Shown here: positions 1-9,798 of the stretch, piece by piece
How positions within the stretch are numbered: position 1 is the stretch's first letter
Layout of the letters: every line of letters starts with the position of its first letter
Source: an uncultured delta proteobacterium
GTDB lineage: Bacteria; Myxococcota_A; Polyangia; Haliangiales; Haliangiaceae
Assembly (NCBI GenBank): GCA_963848295.1
Contig: CAWKDB010000010.1
Location: 4,768,001-4,832,000, forward strand
Direction: 5' to 3'
Length of the DNA stretch: 64,000 nucleotides
The notes under the pieces: generated by a model
The model's input: the letters and a program-made list of their open reading frames with translations, nothing else
Databases searched by the model: none
Told to the model about the DNA's origin: nothing
Made by a program: the position numbers and the translations under genes

Positions 1-278
1 AGCTCGGCAGCATCTGGTACGGCCCGATCGCGCAGCGCACCGGGGCATCGCGCGAAGCGACCGCGCTCTTGCTCGCGCACGTGTTCGGCCTCGGCTATCG
101 CCGCGCCGAATGGAAGTGCGATGCCCTCAACGAGCCGTCACGCCGCGCCGCGCTGAGCTACGGGTTCACGTTCGAAGGCATCCACGACGCGCACTACATC
201 ATCAAGGACCGGAACCGCGACACCGCGTGGTTCCGCATGCTCGATCATGAATGGCGCGCGGTCCGGCCCACGATGTAG
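1..278 (+). CDS. GNAT family (RimJ/RimL-like) N-acetyltransferase, 5'-partial
   Basis: Frame open from the window start: LGSIWYGPIAQRT...LGYRRAEWKCDALNEPSRRAA..GFTFEG...KDRNRDTAWF, typical of this GNAT subfamily. Confidence 0.85.
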   Translation, partial: LGSIWYGPIAQRTGASREATALLLAHVFGLGYRRAEWKCDALNEPSRRAALSYGFTFEGIHDAHYIIKDRNRDTAWFRMLDHEWRAVRPTM

Positions 279-823
279 CGCAGGTTGACGAAGTTGATCG
301 TGAAGTGCGCGACGATCGGGCCGCCGAGGTTGCCGGTCCACCTCGCCAGCGCGCCGAACGCGACGCCGAGCACGAGCGCCGACGCGGTCCACGGCAGAAA
401 CCGTCGGCCCGGCCCGACGTGGAGCAGGGCGAACACGATCGCCTGCACCCAGAGGCCGAGCCACGGCAACAACGCGCCGCGGAACATCAGCTCCTCGCCG
501 ATCGAGCTCGCGAGCGCGAGCACCGCGATCTCACCGCCGCCGAGTGGACCGAGCAGATCGCGAAAGCTCGAGTGGAGGTCTCGCGCCCACTCGAAGTGCT
601 TCGTCGCGATCCGGGTGAGCACGACGATCACGCCGCCGAGCGCAGCACCGAGCGCGGGACCGAGCAGCAACATCGTCGCCGCCGGCGAGCCACCGAGCCG
701 GTACAGATCGGGATCGCCGCGCCCGGCCGCGATCAGAAACGCGACGATCGCCATGCCTCCGTACAGTCCGATCACCAGCGTGCCGCGCGACAACGGCGGC
801 GGTGGACTCTCGGAGTACGACAT
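245..823 (-). CDS. CPBP family intramembrane glutamic endopeptidase (CAAX protease/Abi)
   Basis: Motifs EELMFRG, FALLH and AHFTIN in a hydrophobic protein. Confidence 0.9.
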   Translation of the reverse strand: MSYSESPPPPLSRGTLVIGLYGGMAIVAFLIAAGRGDPDLYRLGGSPAATMLLLGPALGAALGGVIVVLTRIATKHFEWARDLHSSFRDLLGPLGGGEIAVLALASSIGEELMFRGALLPWLGLWVQAIVFALLHVGPGRRFLPWTASALVLGVAFGALARWTGNLGGPIVAHFTINFVNLRYIVGRTARHS

Positions 824-833
824 CGCGCATATA

Positions 834-1472
834 CTACCGCCCGAACAGCATCGACAGGTCCCACATCACGCTGCGATCCCAACCCGATGCGGTCGTCGCG
901 GTGTCGCAAGGCCCGCCGCACGACACCGCCGTCCCGACGTTGTTCTTCGGGGCGAACGTCGCGCGCACCGCGAAGCTCATCCCGCGGTACGTGCGATCGG
1001 TGCGGAACCACGACGACGTGCCGATGCCGATCGCGAAGTCCGGCCGCGTCCACACCCCACCGCTGTCCCAGATGTAGTGCTCGAGTCCCGGTCCGCCTTC
1101 GGTCCAGAACGATAGCCCGCCATCGCGGTCGCCGACATGATCGAACGTGAACCGCGCATTCGCACCGAACCGATGCTGCAGGCCGGCACTGCCGGTCGGT
1201 GAGGTGATGCCGATGCGCGCTGCGGCATCGCGGTCGCCGGGCGCGGGATACCTCAGGCCGGTCAAGTCGTACTCGCCGTAGAGCAACAACCTCGGCAACA
1301 GCCGAACGCCGGCGTCGACGTGACCGCCGCGGAAATGACTGGCGTCGACGCCATCGACCTGCGCGCCGCCCGAGCGATAGCCAGCGGCGACCTCGAGGCT
1401 CGGATGCAACGGCCCTGCGCTAGCCGTGGCTGCAAACGCGCCGACCAACAACGGACTGAGCCAGTGCTTCAT
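834..1472 (-). CDS. Secreted hypothetical protein, possible outer-membrane beta-barrel
   Basis: ATG at 1472 preceded by GGAG; signal peptide MKHWLSPLLVGAFAATASA; alternating amphipathic strands. Confidence 0.6.
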   Translation of the reverse strand: MKHWLSPLLVGAFAATASAGPLHPSLEVAAGYRSGGAQVDGVDASHFRGGHVDAGVRLLPRLLLYGEYDLTGLRYPAPGDRDAAARIGITSPTGSAGLQHRFGANARFTFDHVGDRDGGLSFWTEGGPGLEHYIWDSGGVWTRPDFAIGIGTSSWFRTDRTYRGMSFAVRATFAPKNNVGTAVSCGGPCDTATTASGWDRSVMWDLSMLFGR

Positions 1473-1559
1473 ATCTCCATCGGACCCCAACCGGCCGAGC
1501 GAGGCGCACTAACCCTTCGGGCAATTGCCGGTAACGCCGCCAATGGTCATGATGTGCCC

Positions 1560-2579
<1,020 letters not shown>

Positions 2580-2589
2580 CGCGCGCGTT

Positions 2590-2717
2590 GGGGACGGTGT
2601 TCAACTTGTCAACCGCGACGGCGGGCCGGTTGACAAAGTGAACACCGTCCCCAGCTAACTTGGCGCCACGCCTACAGTCCGATCAGCGGACCGGTTGACA
2701 AAGTGAACACCGTCCCC
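2590..2717. repeat. REP/REPIN-like repeat: inverted pair plus a third copy
   Basis: GGGGACGGTGTTCAACTTGTCAACCG (2590-2615) is inverted with 2627-2652 (24/26 match); 2691-2717 is identical to 2626-2652; lies between convergent genes. Confidence 0.85.
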
Positions 2718-2721
2718 GGCG

Positions 2722-3384
2722 CTAGCGCGCGCGATCGAAGCGATGGAAGTGCAGCCCGACCGTGACCGCGACCGTGACGTTGTCGCGATCGGTCAGATCG
2801 ACACCTGCGAGCGCGCCGATCGTGACCCGCGGCGTCAGCCACAGATCGAGCCGCGCACGGCCTTCGACGACACCGTAGTCGCCGCTCGCGACGACGCCGG
2901 TGTACTCCGACGTCAATGCGGCCAGTCGCAAGCCGCCCGCGAGCTCGGCTGCGCCGGATAACAGGCCGGCGCTGGCGTGGATGCCCGCGAGTAGCTTGAC
3001 CGCGCCGAACGATCCGCCGAGGCCACCAGACGAGGGCGCCATCTCCCCATCGCCGGCGGCCGTGCGTCCGAACGCGCTGGCAGCCGAGCCATCGGTGTTG
3101 TTGACGCTCGACACGCGACCGAAGTCGGCTTCCGCGCCGAAGTAAAACAGCGGGCCGAACGCAACGCGCGGCCCGACCCGAAGCAGCTCGCCATCGGCGC
3201 GATAACCGCCGACGTCGAACCGAGTCCAACCGAGCGTCGTCTCGTACCACGCCGCCGCATGAGCGCGATGCGGGCGCTCGACGCCGCACACGAGGTACGT
3301 ACCCGGGCCGCGATAGCACTCGTCGGCTACGGCGACGCCAGCGGACGCTCCCAGGATCATCACGATCGTAGCGATCCGCCTCAT
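2722..3384 (-). CDS. Secreted hypothetical protein, probable outer-membrane beta-barrel
   Basis: ATG at 3384 with GGAG RBS; signal peptide MRRIATIVMILGASAGVAVA; beta-strand pattern ending VAVTVGLHF. Confidence 0.65.
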   Translation of the reverse strand: MRRIATIVMILGASAGVAVADECYRGPGTYLVCGVERPHRAHAAAWYETTLGWTRFDVGGYRADGELLRVGPRVAFGPLFYFGAEADFGRVSSVNNTDGSAASAFGRTAAGDGEMAPSSGGLGGSFGAVKLLAGIHASAGLLSGAAELAGGLRLAALTSEYTGVVASGDYGVVEGRARLDLWLTPRVTIGALAGVDLTDRDNVTVAVTVGLHFHRFDRAR

Positions 3385-3557
3385 TACTCCATGGTGAACT
3401 CGTTCGCCGCGCGGTGCAACGACTTCGAAAAGCGCCTTGAAGCTCGCTCCGCAGCGCAGACCAGGAATCGAGATCGTTCCGTCACCATTTCGACCCAAAA
3501 CGTTGAATCGCGGCAGGGATTGATGTTTGATTCGCCGCAGAAAGTGGAGGATTCCTG

Positions 3558-3758
3558 ATGAAACGACTGATGGGACTTTGTCTTGCTCTGAGCATGGGTG
3601 CTGGCGCGTGCGCGTACAGCGGTGTTGCCGTGACCGCCGACGGTAAGGCCGTCGTCGCTCGCAACGACTCACTTCTGTTCGGTCTGCTCCGCGCTGTCTA
3701 CGTCTGCAATGTCACCCCGACCGGCCTCGCGAACTGCGCTGCCGGCACGGCGCCGTAA
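3558..3758 (+). CDS. Small (66 aa) lipoprotein
   Basis: Strong RBS GGAGGA; signal peptide ending AGAC; two additional Cys. Confidence 0.7.
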   Translation: MKRLMGLCLALSMGAGACAYSGVAVTADGKAVVARNDSLLFGLLRAVYVCNVTPTGLANCAAGTAP

Positions 3759-3770
3759 GTCGCCGTTCGG

Positions 3771-4223
3771 TTGATGCGAGCTGCTCGTGCAGCCGCTGCG
3801 CCGGCCCGTCTCGGCGGTGCAGCTCTCTTGTTGTTGTCGGTGCTTGGCTGCACCAGCAGCTCGGATTCCAAGGAACCGCCGAAGCCGACGCCCCCCGATA
3901 ACTCGGTGGGCATCGTGATCAAGGCGGTGTCCGGGTCGCCGGAGCTGCAGATGAAGGCGACCTTCGATCCCGGCGTAGAACCGGGCTCTCACATCGCGCC
4001 GCTCGCGACGATCGTTGCGAGTGCGCGCGCTTCGTGCTTTTCGGCAGGTACGGGGCTCACCGGCGTCACCACCGCGGACATCGACGTCCAGGGCAAGCGC
4101 GTCCACGTCACCGCGCACAACAGCTGGGGCGAGTGTTTTGCCAAGGCGATCGAGGGTCACTCGATCGACGACCCCGCGAGCTACAGGGTCGCGCTGCAGC
4201 TGAGCCCCGGGTCGCGGGCGTGA
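3771..4223 (+). CDS. Hypothetical lipoprotein
   Basis: LLLLSVLG-C lipobox; follows 3558-3758 in an apparent operon. Confidence 0.6.
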   Translation: MMRAARAAAAPARLGGAALLLLSVLGCTSSSDSKEPPKPTPPDNSVGIVIKAVSGSPELQMKATFDPGVEPGSHIAPLATIVASARASCFSAGTGLTGVTTADIDVQGKRVHVTAHNSWGECFAKAIEGHSIDDPASYRVALQLSPGSRA

Positions 4224-4858
4224 ATCGCACCGCGCTCACCGCGCTGACGCTCGTGATCGCCACGACCGTCGCGGCCGCGGACACCGATCCGCCGCCCGTC
4301 CCGGTTTCAGCGACGCCGGCTCCGAGCGACTCGCCCGCGCCGACCGCGCCGACCGAACCTGCCGTGACGCCGACGCCGGCTCCTGCGCCAGTCAAGCAAG
4401 TCCTCGTCGAGGGCTTCGTGTCGCGCAGCGGCACGACGTTCGACCTCACCGTGTCCGGCGGCCTCAAGCTGTGGAGCGGCCACGGTGATCCGAACCGCTG
4501 GGGGTTCGCCCGGATCCGCGCCGGCGTCATGCGCTACTCCGAGCCCGCGTTCTTGATGGCCGGCATCGCGGCGCAGTACGGCGTGCTCGATTCATCTTCG
4601 CTCGGGATCGAAGTCGAAGCGGCGAGCACCGAGGTCGGCGCGTGGGCCCAGTTCGGTGTGTTTCCGATCGATACGGTGCACGGCACCAGCATCGAAGCCG
4701 TGCTCGGCTACACCTTGTTCGGTCTCGAGTACGAGCGCCGCGTCTCTGGTGATCGCGAGGGCGATCAAGCGCTCGTGCTCACGCTGCACGTTCCGCTCGG
4801 CCTGATCAACGTCATGCGCAAGCCGCCGCGTGGCGTGACGGTCTATCCGTCGCGCTGA
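4220..4858 (+). CDS. Secreted hypothetical protein (Pro-rich linker followed by a beta-rich domain)
   Basis: GTG start overlapping the upstream TGA; signal peptide MNRTALTALTLVIATTVAAA. Confidence 0.6.
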   Translation: MNRTALTALTLVIATTVAAADTDPPPVPVSATPAPSDSPAPTAPTEPAVTPTPAPAPVKQVLVEGFVSRSGTTFDLTVSGGLKLWSGHGDPNRWGFARIRAGVMRYSEPAFLMAGIAAQYGVLDSSSLGIEVEAASTEVGAWAQFGVFPIDTVHGTSIEAVLGYTLFGLEYERRVSGDREGDQALVLTLHVPLGLINVMRKPPRGVTVYPSR

Positions 4859-4889
4859 GCGTGCCGGTGTCCATCGGGTTCGGCGAGGG

Positions 4890-5456
4890 CTAACCGGAGC
4901 CCGACGAGCGCTGGCCCGGTAGATCGACGCCGATCGCGCCGTCGGGCCACGCGAGCGCGACCGCGGACGCGTCACGCGAGATCAGGTAGCGCGCGCCCGC
5001 ATCACCGGTGAGCGCGAGTAACGCCGCGAAGTGCGAGTGCCCGAACACCGCGGGGATGCCGAGCCTGCCCGCGTAGAGCGACGCGACGGTGACCCGCGAG
5101 GTGCGATGCGCCGACACGAGCGCGCGGACGTGCGTGGTCGTGAGTCGAGGCTGGTCGCAGACGAGCAGCGCGAGCGCATTGGCGCCGACCCCGTGAGCCC
5201 ACGATGCCGCGACGCGGATCGACGAGGCGATGCCTTCGCGCCAGGCGAAGTTCGCGATCAGCTCGAGGACGAGGCCGTCGAGCGCGGTCGCGACCTCGTC
5301 GGCATGTGCGCCGAGCACCACGGCGACCGGGGCACACGCGGCGAGCGCGCATCGTGCGGTCGCGCGGACCAGGGTGGACTCGGGCCGCGCCAGCCGGTTC
5401 GGACGACCGAGCCGGCTCGAGCTCCCGGCGGCGAGGACGGCGGCCGCGACCTTCAT
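4890..5456 (-). CDS. MocA/MobA-like nucleotidyltransferase family protein (degenerate motifs)
   Basis: VLAAGSSSRLG, N..WREGIASSI, LVCDQP, IPAVF and LTGDAGAR motifs. Confidence 0.8.
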   Translation of the reverse strand: MKVAAAVLAAGSSSRLGRPNRLARPESTLVRATARCALAACAPVAVVLGAHADEVATALDGLVLELIANFAWREGIASSIRVAASWAHGVGANALALLVCDQPRLTTTHVRALVSAHRTSRVTVASLYAGRLGIPAVFGHSHFAALLALTGDAGARYLISRDASAVALAWPDGAIGVDLPGQRSSGSG

Positions 5457-5621
5457 GCGCCGGCCGAGGTGCAAGCGATACGCATGAGCGCGCCATCGAG
5501 CAAGAACGAGGCCCGCGCTCGTTCGTGAATCGAGCGCACGGAGTCCCGGTCGGCGCGACCACCGCGCGCGCTTGTCACACCGTGCGCGAGCCGCAGCGCG
5601 CGCATCGGGCACGTGCTCGTG

Positions 5622-6050
5622 TCAGTGTATCGATGTCTCGCGTCGGCGTTGCGCGAGCTCGAGCAGCGCCTTCACCTTCGCGAGCGTCGCCGGCTTGAGC
5701 ACGTGCCGATCGAACCCGGCCTCCGCGGCGCGAGCGACGTCGGCGGGCTGGCCCCATCCCGTCAGAGCCGCGAGCACGAGCGGATGCTCCGTCTCGGTCT
5801 CGCGCAGCTGGCGCGCGATGTCGTAGCCGCTGACATCGGGGAGGCCGATGTCGAGCACGACGAGATCCGGATGGAGCTCGCGCGATCGTGCGAGCGCACC
5901 GGCGCCATCGAGCGCGAGCTCGCACGTGTGTCCGAGTGCTCGCACGAGCTCGCACGTCATCGCCGCCGCATCGGGATAATCATCGACGACGAGGACGCGA
6001 AGCGGCTGGTTCGGTACAACGACAGGCGAAGCGTTCAGGCTCATCGTCAC
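5622..6050 (-). CDS. Single-domain response regulator (REC)
   Basis: VLVVDD, LDIGLPD, ALTGWG and GFDRHVLKP motifs; 4-bp overlap with the kinase gene. Confidence 0.9.
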   Translation of the reverse strand: MTMSLNASPVVVPNQPLRVLVVDDYPDAAAMTCELVRALGHTCELALDGAGALARSRELHPDLVVLDIGLPDVSGYDIARQLRETETEHPLVLAALTGWGQPADVARAAEAGFDRHVLKPATLAKVKALLELAQRRRETSIH

Positions 6051-9000
6051 GACTCCATCGGGATCTCGACAACAAATTCGCTACCACATCCGAGCCCGGC
6101 GCTGCGAGCGGAAACCCGGCCACCGTGGAGCTCGACCATCCGGAGTACCAGGTTCAAGCCGATGCCGAGGCCGCCGCGAGTTCTCCCCCGGGCGTCGCGA
6201 CACTGCGTATAGAGATCGAACACGGTCGGAAGATCGTCCGCGGCGATCCCAACGCCGTTGTCGCGCACCGCGAACACGACGCGGCCCGCGGAGGCGCGGA
6301 CCTCGAGCGCGATCTCGCCGCCGTCCGGAGTGTACTTGGCGGCGTTGGTCAACAGATTGACGAGGATCTGGATCAGGCGCGTGCGGTCGCCGCGCACCTG
6401 CAGCGGCCCATCTGCGATCTGCAAGTCGAGGTGATGGCCGGCACTCTCGAACAACATCCGCGTGTCCTCGACCGCGGCGAGCGCGAGCGCGCTCGCGTCG
6501 AGCGATTCGACCGCGAGCTCGACCTTGCCCTGCGTGATCCTCGACAGGTCGAGCAAGTCGTCGACGAGCCTGATCAGATGATCGACCTGACGATCCATGA
6601 TCGCGCCGGTGCGCTGGACCTCCTCGGCATCGCTTGGATGGAGCTGCTGGAGATCGAGCGCGACCCGGAGCGGGTTGAGCGGGTTGCGGAGCTCGTGAGA
6701 CAGCGTCGCCAGGAACTCGTCCTTGCGCCGGTCACTCTCGCGGAGCGAGCGTTCGGCTCGTCGCCGATCCGTCACGTCGATCGCGATCCCCGCGAGAGTG
6801 CCTTCGACGTCGCGGTCGGCAGGGGCGCGGCCCAGGCTCCACAACCAGCGCGGACCCGCGGGATGGGTGAGCTGATACTCGACGCTGAGCTCGGCGCCGC
6901 CGGCCGCGGCATCGACCGCACCCCGGACGCGCTCGCGATCGGTCTCGGCGACGCGACCGAACCAGTCGTCGAGCGCGACCTCCGCGGATGGTTCGAAGCC
7001 GTGGAGGCGCGCACATTCATCGGACATCCGGATCCGGCGAGCGGCCGCATCGATCGTCCAGATCCCCATGTTCGCGGTGCGCTCCGCGAGGTGGAGCATG
7101 CCGTCGCTGGCCCGCAATGCGTCCTGAGCTCGCGTGAGCTCGGTGACATCGATGAACGTCAGGACGACGCCCTCGATGCGGTCCTCGAGCGAGCGGTACG
7201 GCAGGATCCGCGCGAGAAAGTGGCCGCCATCGCGCGTGCGCACCTCGCGCTCGACGTGGTGGAGGTGCTCGAGCACTTCGAGCGCGGACTCGGCGAGGTC
7301 GTGGCAGTCGAGCTTGTGGGTCAGGTGCGCGAACGGGCGCCCGATGTCGCTCGGGATGATGTTGAACAGATCGCGCGCGCGTGGCGTGAATCGCCCGACG
7401 TGCAACGTGCGATCGAGAAACACGACCGCGATATCGGTCGACGTCATGAGGTTCTGAAGATCGCCGTTCGCGCGGCCGAGCTCGTCGACCTTGAGCTTGA
7501 GCTCGTGATTGACCGTGGACAGCTCCTCGTTGACGGATTGCAGCTCCTCTTTGGAGGTCTCGAGCTCCTCGCTCGCCGAGCGCACTTCCTCGTTGATCGC
7601 GTGCAGTTCCTCGTTCGAGGCCTTGAGCTCCTCGACCGACGTCTCGTATTGCTCGATCGTCTGGCGCAGCTGGTCGCGAGTGCGTTGCAGCTCGGCCTCG
7701 AGCTCGTCGACGACCGGAGCGGCGACACGCTCGCCGCCGAGATCGTGGGCGTCGACGCGAGACAGCCCGTCGCGTTCGTCGAACATGACGAGCAGGAGCC
7801 GGGCGGCCACGTCGGGCTTGTCGACGGTTTGCACGCGGATCTCGATCTCGCGGGCGCGACCATCGTCGTCGAATCGCACGACCCGCGTGTCGCCGGCCCG
7901 GCCGACCTGACGCGCGCGGTAGATGGCGCTACGCAACTCGAGGCGCAGCCCGGGGTGAACGAGGCGCAGGATCTGTCGCGTGGGCTCGCCACCGGGTAAC
8001 GCGAGGAACCGGCTGGCGTGCTCGCTGACATGGACGACCTCGAGATCCTCGTTGAGCAACACGCTCGGTGGCGCGTAATGCTCGACGATGCGATGGTGGA
8101 GCTCGCCGAACGACGACGGCGAGCGGTCGCCGTTCATCACGCCTTCGATCGCAGCCGGGATCCCCATCGGCCAGCGCAGCCCGGAGAAGCCGAGATCGTA
8201 GCTGACCGGGCTCGGCGACGGGCGGCGGGTGAACAACCGCGCTTTCGCGTCGAGCGCCGTGAATAGGACGCCGCCGTTCTCCGCCGACTCCGATGCGCCC
8301 AGGAACAGGCAACCGTCTTTGCGCAGCCCGAAGTGGAACATCGATAGCGCCCGCTGCTGGGCTTCGCGATCGAAATAGATCAGCATATTTCGGCACGACA
8401 CCAGGTCGAGCCGCGAGAACGGCGGATCGCGCAGCACGTTGTGCGGCGAGAACAGCGCGAGCTCGCGCAGCTCCTTGCGCACGCGATAGAAGCTCGCCTC
8501 GCGCACGAAGAAGCGGTCGAGCCGCTCCGGTGACACGTCGACTGCGATCGCCTCGGAGTAGCGTCCGGTGCGCGCATTCGCGAGGGCGCCTTCATCGATG
8601 TCGGTCGCGAAGATCTGGATCCCCGGCGGCTCGCGAAGCTGACTCGCGTGCTCGAGTAGCAACATGCCGATCGAGTAGGCCTCCTCGCCGCTGGCGCAGC
8701 CCGACACCCAGACGCGGATGTGCTCGGAGCGGTCGCGACCTGCGAACAGTTTCGGGATGACCAGGCGTTCGAGCGCCTCGAACGTCTCGGGGTCGCGGAA
8801 GAAGTTGGTGACGCTGATCAGGAAGTCATGCACGAGGCTCATGAGCTCGTTCGGACGCTCGCGGACATGGCGATGGTAGTCGGCGATCGAGCTCACCTCA
8901 CAAACTTGCATACGTCGTGCGAGGCGCCGGTACAACGTGGCGCGCTTGTAGTACGTGAAGTCGTGGCCGGTGCGGATGCGGACGAGCGTGAGGATGTCGC

Positions 9001-9610
9001 GCAGCGTCTCGGCGAGCTCGTCGTGACTGTAGCGCGTGTCATCTAGCCCGTCGACCAGGTCGACGAGCGAGCCCAGCCGGATCGCGATCTCGGCGGCGGG
9101 CAGGATCAGATCGATCATGCCGGTGGCGATCGCGGCGAGCGGCATCGCCGGGTAGTCGGCATCGGTCGGCGCCTGTGCGATCGTCAGCCCGCCGACCTCC
9201 TTGATCCGTTTGATGCCGAGCGTGCCGTCGATGCCGTTGCCGGCGAGCACGATGCCGGTCGCGGCGCGACCTAGCTCGTCGGCGAGCGTGCGAAACAAGC
9301 GATCGAGCGGCGCGCGGCGCTCGACTGTCGGATCGGCGAACCCGAACGCGCCGCGCTCGAACACCACCTCGCGCTCGGGTGGCGCGACGTAGACATGATC
9401 CGGGCGGGGCAACTCGCCTGCCGCCACCTCGACGACCGGGAGCGGCGATGCGAGGCGCGCCGACGGCAAGAAATCATCGACGCCGGTGTACGCGATCACG
9501 TAGGCGCGACCGGTACTCGCGGGCAACGAGCGCACGACCTGCTCGAGCGCAAAGCGACTCTCGCCGCCGATCGCGACTACACCGCGCCGAAGATCGGGCG
9601 CCTCGCCCAT
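6047..9610 (-). CDS. CheB-like/CheR methyltransferase/PAS/histidine kinase fusion
   Basis: CheR motifs (VTNFFRDP, WVSGCASGEEAYS, DPPFSRLDLVSCRN); EEL.S.NEEL coiled coil; PAS domains; HisKA SHELRNPL; HATPase N, G1 and G2 boxes; start uncertain. Confidence 0.92.
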   Translation of the reverse strand: MGEAPDLRRGVVAIGGESRFALEQVVRSLPASTGRAYVIAYTGVDDFLPSARLASPLPVVEVAAGELPRPDHVYVAPPEREVVFERGAFGFADPTVERRAPLDRLFRTLADELGRAATGIVLAGNGIDGTLGIKRIKEVGGLTIAQAPTDADYPAMPLAAIATGMIDLILPAAEIAIRLGSLVDLVDGLDDTRYSHDELAETLRDILTLVRIRTGHDFTYYKRATLYRRLARRMQVCEVSSIADYHRHVRERPNELMSLVHDFLISVTNFFRDPETFEALERLVIPKLFAGRDRSEHIRVWVSGCASGEEAYSIGMLLLEHASQLREPPGIQIFATDIDEGALANARTGRYSEAIAVDVSPERLDRFFVREASFYRVRKELRELALFSPHNVLRDPPFSRLDLVSCRNMLIYFDREAQQRALSMFHFGLRKDGCLFLGASESAENGGVLFTALDAKARLFTRRPSPSPVSYDLGFSGLRWPMGIPAAIEGVMNGDRSPSSFGELHHRIVEHYAPPSVLLNEDLEVVHVSEHASRFLALPGGEPTRQILRLVHPGLRLELRSAIYRARQVGRAGDTRVVRFDDDGRAREIEIRVQTVDKPDVAARLLLVMFDERDGLSRVDAHDLGGERVAAPVVDELEAELQRTRDQLRQTIEQYETSVEELKASNEELHAINEEVRSASEELETSKEELQSVNEELSTVNHELKLKVDELGRANGDLQNLMTSTDIAVVFLDRTLHVGRFTPRARDLFNIIPSDIGRPFAHLTHKLDCHDLAESALEVLEHLHHVEREVRTRDGGHFLARILPYRSLEDRIEGVVLTFIDVTELTRAQDALRASDGMLHLAERTANMGIWTIDAAARRIRMSDECARLHGFEPSAEVALDDWFGRVAETDRERVRGAVDAAAGGAELSVEYQLTHPAGPRWLWSLGRAPADRDVEGTLAGIAIDVTDRRRAERSLRESDRRKDEFLATLSHELRNPLNPLRVALDLQQLHPSDAEEVQRTGAIMDRQVDHLIRLVDDLLDLSRITQGKVELAVESLDASALALAAVEDTRMLFESAGHHLDLQIADGPLQVRGDRTRLIQILVNLLTNAAKYTPDGGEIALEVRASAGRVVFAVRDNGVGIAADDLPTVFDLYTQCRDARGRTRGGLGIGLNLVLRMVELHGGRVSARSAGLGCGSEFVVEIPMES

Positions 9611-9767
9611 CGAATCACCAACGTCCGCCGTCACGACGAGCGGAACAAACCACGTCGGATCGAAGTCGGCAAGTCGGCGCTGGCAACCTTGTCGGATCTC
9701 ACGCTCGGGTCTGGGTGCGTATGCCCCGATACGCGCTCGTCCTGAGGAAAACGCGGAGGCGCGGGTG

Positions 9768-9783
9768 CGGCACATGGATTGCT
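9768..9783 (+). promoter_or_regulatory. Putative sigma54 (-24/-12) promoter
   Basis: CGGCACATGGATTGCT fits GG-N10-GC and ends 15 nt before ATG 9799. Confidence 0.65.
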
Positions 9784-9798
9784 GTTCAGACGATCATC

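Noticed and set aside
245..278. Convergent 34-bp overlap and short C-terminus of the GNAT gene
   Set aside because: Short convergent overlaps are common in high-GC genomes; truncation cannot be shown without the full gene
2626..2717. Mini-CRISPR (two identical 27-bp repeats with a 38-bp spacer)
   Set aside because: Only two direct copies, one of which pairs with an inverted copy; no cas genes; better explained as REP-like
5888..7999. Long antisense or alternative-frame ORFs (also 10365-12128, 33842-35497, 50589-52340, 61083-62792 and others)
   Set aside because: Shadow ORFs expected from high-GC codon bias; they overlap well-supported genes and show no recognisable motifs
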